The notes beneath the pieces are model-generated. The model worked only from the letters and a program-made list of their open reading frames with translations. It was not told the DNA's origin and ran no database searches. A program made the position numbers and the translations under genes. This document shows, piece after piece, positions 60,981-64,000 of a stretch of 64,000 bases of DNA (positions within the stretch are counted from its first letter, which is position 1; every line of letters starts with the position of its first letter). The DNA is from Alphaproteobacteria bacterium (lineage in GTDB: Bacteria; Pseudomonadota; Alphaproteobacteria; SP197), in assembly GCA_965228895.1 (NCBI GenBank), contig OZ245842.1:2592001-2656000 (forward strand), given 5' to 3'.

Positions 60981-62174
60981 ATGACAACACCGGTACCGAC
61001 TCAAGACCTGACGCCCTCGCAACGACGCCGGGGCCTGACGGCTGTCCTGATCGGTATGGCCGTGATCGGCATCAACGTCGGTCTGTTCAATCCTCTGGTC
61101 GCGCTGAACCTGGAGGCGCGCGGCGTCAGCACGACCATGAACGGCATCAACGCGGCGATGCCCTATGTGGCGGCGATCATGTTCGCGCCGCTCGTGCCGC
61201 TTCTGGTCAAACGGATCGGCCTGCTCAACCTTCTTTTTCTGAGCGGCGCCATCGATGTCATCGTCATCCTGGCCTTCACGTTAACGGAGAACGTCTGGGC
61301 CTGGTTGATCCTGCGTTACCTCGTCGGCTTCGGCATGCTGTTCCACTGGGTCGGCAGCGAGATTTGGGTCAATGCGGCGGTCACCGACCAGAATCGCGGC
61401 AAGATCATCGGGCTCAACGGCGCCCTCTTCTCCGCCGGCATGTTTTGCGGACCGATCGTGCTGGGCGTCATGGGTACCGAAGGCAGTCTGCCGTTCATTG
61501 CCAGCGCCTGCCTGATCATGCTGGCGATGTCGCCCCTGCTGATGGCGTTCGGCACCGCGCCCTCCGCCAGTTACGAGCATCGCACCCGATTGATCACCGC
61601 CATACGCAAGGCGCCGACACCGATGCTGTCGGCCCTGGTCGAAGGTGTCTTGTTCGTCGCGCTCTTCGTCCAGTTACCGATCTACGGGCTGCGCAGCGGG
61701 CTGAGCGAAGCCGAAGCGATCACGCTGTTGAGCGCGCTGGTCGTTGGCGGCATGGCAGCCCCGATCCCGATCGGCTGGCTTGCCGATCACGTCGACAGGC
61801 GCCGACTGTTGATCCTGTGCGGCCTGGTCATTTTGATCGCCACCCTGCTGCTGCCGGTCGTCTTCCACAACAGGTACATGCTGTGGATCCTGCTGTTCGT
61901 CTGGGGTGCGGGCGGCGGCGGCCTTTATACGCTCGGCCTGGTCCGGCTCGGCGAACTGTTTGGTCCCGGCCAGCTTGGTTCCGCGACCGCCGCCTTTGTC
62001 ATGATCACCCATATCGGCAGCATCGCCGGCCCGGTGCTGGCCGGCGGCGGCATGGATATCTGGAACCCCCACGGCTTTGTCGTCGTGACGGCGGCGACCG
62101 CGTTCCTGTTCGTAGCGTTCGGCACCTGGCGCTATCTCACGACGCCGGACCAAGCACAGAGCCGATCGCAGTGA
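60981..62174 (+). CDS. MFS transporter
   Basis: About 12 TM; GWLADHVDRR motif. Confidence 0.9.
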   Translation: MTTPVPTQDLTPSQRRRGLTAVLIGMAVIGINVGLFNPLVALNLEARGVSTTMNGINAAMPYVAAIMFAPLVPLLVKRIGLLNLLFLSGAIDVIVILAFTLTENVWAWLILRYLVGFGMLFHWVGSEIWVNAAVTDQNRGKIIGLNGALFSAGMFCGPIVLGVMGTEGSLPFIASACLIMLAMSPLLMAFGTAPSASYEHRTRLITAIRKAPTPMLSALVEGVLFVALFVQLPIYGLRSGLSEAEAITLLSALVVGGMAAPIPIGWLADHVDRRRLLILCGLVILIATLLLPVVFHNRYMLWILLFVWGAGGGGLYTLGLVRLGELFGPGQLGSATAAFVMITHIGSIAGPVLAGGGMDIWNPHGFVVVTAATAFLFVAFGTWRYLTTPDQAQSRSQ

Positions 62175-62489
62175 GTGAACCCTGACAGTAGTTTCCGATT
62201 ACGCTCTGTGCGGCCTGTCACCGTCATCCGACTCCAAGGCTGTTGAACCGGGCACCACGCCCTCGGCGTATCAAGGCATTGGCGAGCGCCACCGCGACAT
62301 CTACGATTGATGTGACTTCCATGGTCAACCGTCATTCACCCGCTGTCGATCAGCTTGTGATGTGCGGGTAGCAAGTCGAGAAAGTCAAGATTGGGCATCG
62401 CCTGACAGCAAACCTGGATCACGCAGCAAAATGCCACATATTCATCGCTTCCTATTGCCCCACCGTCGTCAGCTCATGCCATACGACCG

Positions 62490-63851
62490 GTGAACCAAAT
62501 CGCATTCAATCCGCAACTGCGTTATCTCAGACACAAGCTAACGCATAGCTTCTGGTTCCTGCCGACCCTGATTGCAATGGGCGGCATTGTCCTTTCGTAC
62601 GTCACGCTCTCGTCGAGCAACGACGCCTGGCCGGCCAGACAGATCGTCGGACTTGGCCTGTTCCCATTAAGCACCGAGTCGGCCCGTTTGGTCCTTTCAA
62701 CAGTCACGGCATCGTCTGTGACGATCACCAGTCTGGTTTTCTCCATGACTTTGATCATGCTGTCACAGGCGACACAACAGCTCGGACCCCGATTGTTGGT
62801 GGAGTTCCGCGGCAGCCGCGCGAACCAAACTGTCCTCGGCACCTTTGTCGCCACAATCGCGTTCTCTCTTGTTGCCCTAACCATGTCGGAGAGCTCAGTG
62901 CCCGTGCTAACCGTTGCATGCGCGACGGTCTTGATGCTCGTCTGTGTCGCTCTGCTGGTTTTTTTCATCCATCACGTCTCGCGCCTTCTGGAGGCTGACC
63001 AAATCATTGCCCTGGTCAGCGAAGACATGTTCGACGCCATACCCGACAGTTTTACGTCACGAGATGATTTTCAGAATGACGCGCCACATGCGACCGCTGA
63101 GGACGGCTTACCAGGGTCCGACGTTGCGCGGATTCGCGCTTCAGAAACGGGCTATGTTCAAACACTTGACCACGACATCCTCGTCGACTTGGCGTCAACC
63201 GAGGATCTTCGTATCGAGCTCTTCAAGCGGCCTGGCCATTTTGTCGTCAAAGGCGCCACCATCGGTACGGTCGTCCCGCAACCACCCGATTCAGATGAGT
63301 TCGCTGCGGCGCTTGCCCGCGCGATCGTAATCGGACGGCACAGAACACCGGCCCAGGATGTCGAATACTCGATCAAGGCCATTGTCGAGGTAGCCCTTCG
63401 CGCACTGTCCCCGGGGTTCAATGACGTCTTCACCGCGGTGACCTGCATCGACCGGTTAGGCGCCGCATTGGCCGAGGTCATGCAGCACGTTCCGCTACCC
63501 GCACACACCGTAGATCGACGGGGTCAGGTGCGGGTCATCCTGAGCCGGGTAACGTTCAGCGGACTCATTGACAGTTCGTTCAATGAGATCCGTCAGAACG
63601 CCGAGGGGGCTGTTCCTGCCCTTATCCGTCTCGCGGAAACCCTTAGCCTGTTGGCCGAGTTCATCGTGGAGAAAGAACACCTTGATGCCTTAACACGCCA
63701 TGCCGACAAAGTAGCGTGGACAGCCAGCGTGTCAGTGGCAGAACCTAACGACAAGGCCGATGTCGAGCATTGTTTGCGTAACCTGAGGAAACAGCTTGCG
63801 CATGCCGATGAGAGACTCCAGGACCGTCCGGCGCCAAATGCGCGCGGTTAG
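62490..63851 (+). CDS. DUF2254-family membrane protein
   Basis: SFWFLP, QLGPRLL, RTPAQD, ALRALSPGFND. Confidence 0.85.
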   Translation: MNQIAFNPQLRYLRHKLTHSFWFLPTLIAMGGIVLSYVTLSSSNDAWPARQIVGLGLFPLSTESARLVLSTVTASSVTITSLVFSMTLIMLSQATQQLGPRLLVEFRGSRANQTVLGTFVATIAFSLVALTMSESSVPVLTVACATVLMLVCVALLVFFIHHVSRLLEADQIIALVSEDMFDAIPDSFTSRDDFQNDAPHATAEDGLPGSDVARIRASETGYVQTLDHDILVDLASTEDLRIELFKRPGHFVVKGATIGTVVPQPPDSDEFAAALARAIVIGRHRTPAQDVEYSIKAIVEVALRALSPGFNDVFTAVTCIDRLGAALAEVMQHVPLPAHTVDRRGQVRVILSRVTFSGLIDSSFNEIRQNAEGAVPALIRLAETLSLLAEFIVEKEHLDALTRHADKVAWTASVSVAEPNDKADVEHCLRNLRKQLAHADERLQDRPAPNARG

Positions 63852-64000
63852 TCCTCCAGCACCGCCGGGAAACCGTCGGCGCGCAGGTCGGTGCCAAGCG
63901 CATCCTCCAACAGCTTGACCACCTGCGACGACCAGGCATCGCCACCGTATTCTTCGCGGGCGCGGACGAAGATCTGGTCAACGAGTGCGGCGAGCTCCAG
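63848..64000 (-). CDS. C-terminal fragment, probable 3-hydroxyisobutyrate-dehydrogenase-family oxidoreductase
   Basis: LELAALVDQIFVRAREEYGGDAWSSQVVKLLEDALGTDLRADGFPAVLED*. Confidence 0.55.
   Translation of the reverse strand: MELAALVDQIFVRAREEYGGDAWSSQVVKLLEDALGTDLRADGFPAVLED

Noticed and set aside
62175-63851. DUF2254 region as a mobile island
   Set aside because: Composition looks slightly different by eye, but there are no mobility genes or flanking repeats.

Overview
Alphaproteobacterial chromosome segment (probably Rhodospirillales-like). Positions 1-~24,870 are the right part of a temperate prophage integrated at the 3' end of tRNA-Glu(UUC). It contains an integrase with non-canonical catalytic residues, an Xis-like gene, ERF/SSB recombination genes, a CI/Cro/CII switch with five operators, replication/RusA/HNH genes, a DUF6362-like regulator, terS, and a late block of glycosyltransferase-like, methyltransferase and repeat-rich structural genes. 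The ORF track misses several prophage elements. One is a type I toxin-antitoxin-like module at 8.03-8.53 kb (structured leader, 24-aa peptide, convergent antisense promoter, XRE HTH). Others are a 28-bp dif-like XerCD site near terS, a hairpin array with C-rich loops, short direct repeats at gene junctions, and an internally deleted HNH gene. Positions ~25,150-64,000 are host genes (recJ, glpX, hom, phaC, argC, oxyR-katG, rpsI-rplM, metY, tRNA-His, YcbB/YcbK-like genes, glnB-glnA and others). Among them is an unusual tandem bacterioferritin-like protein whose two domains both keep the haem-ligand Met but lack ferroxidase ligands. All calls come from reading motifs by eye; no database searches were run.
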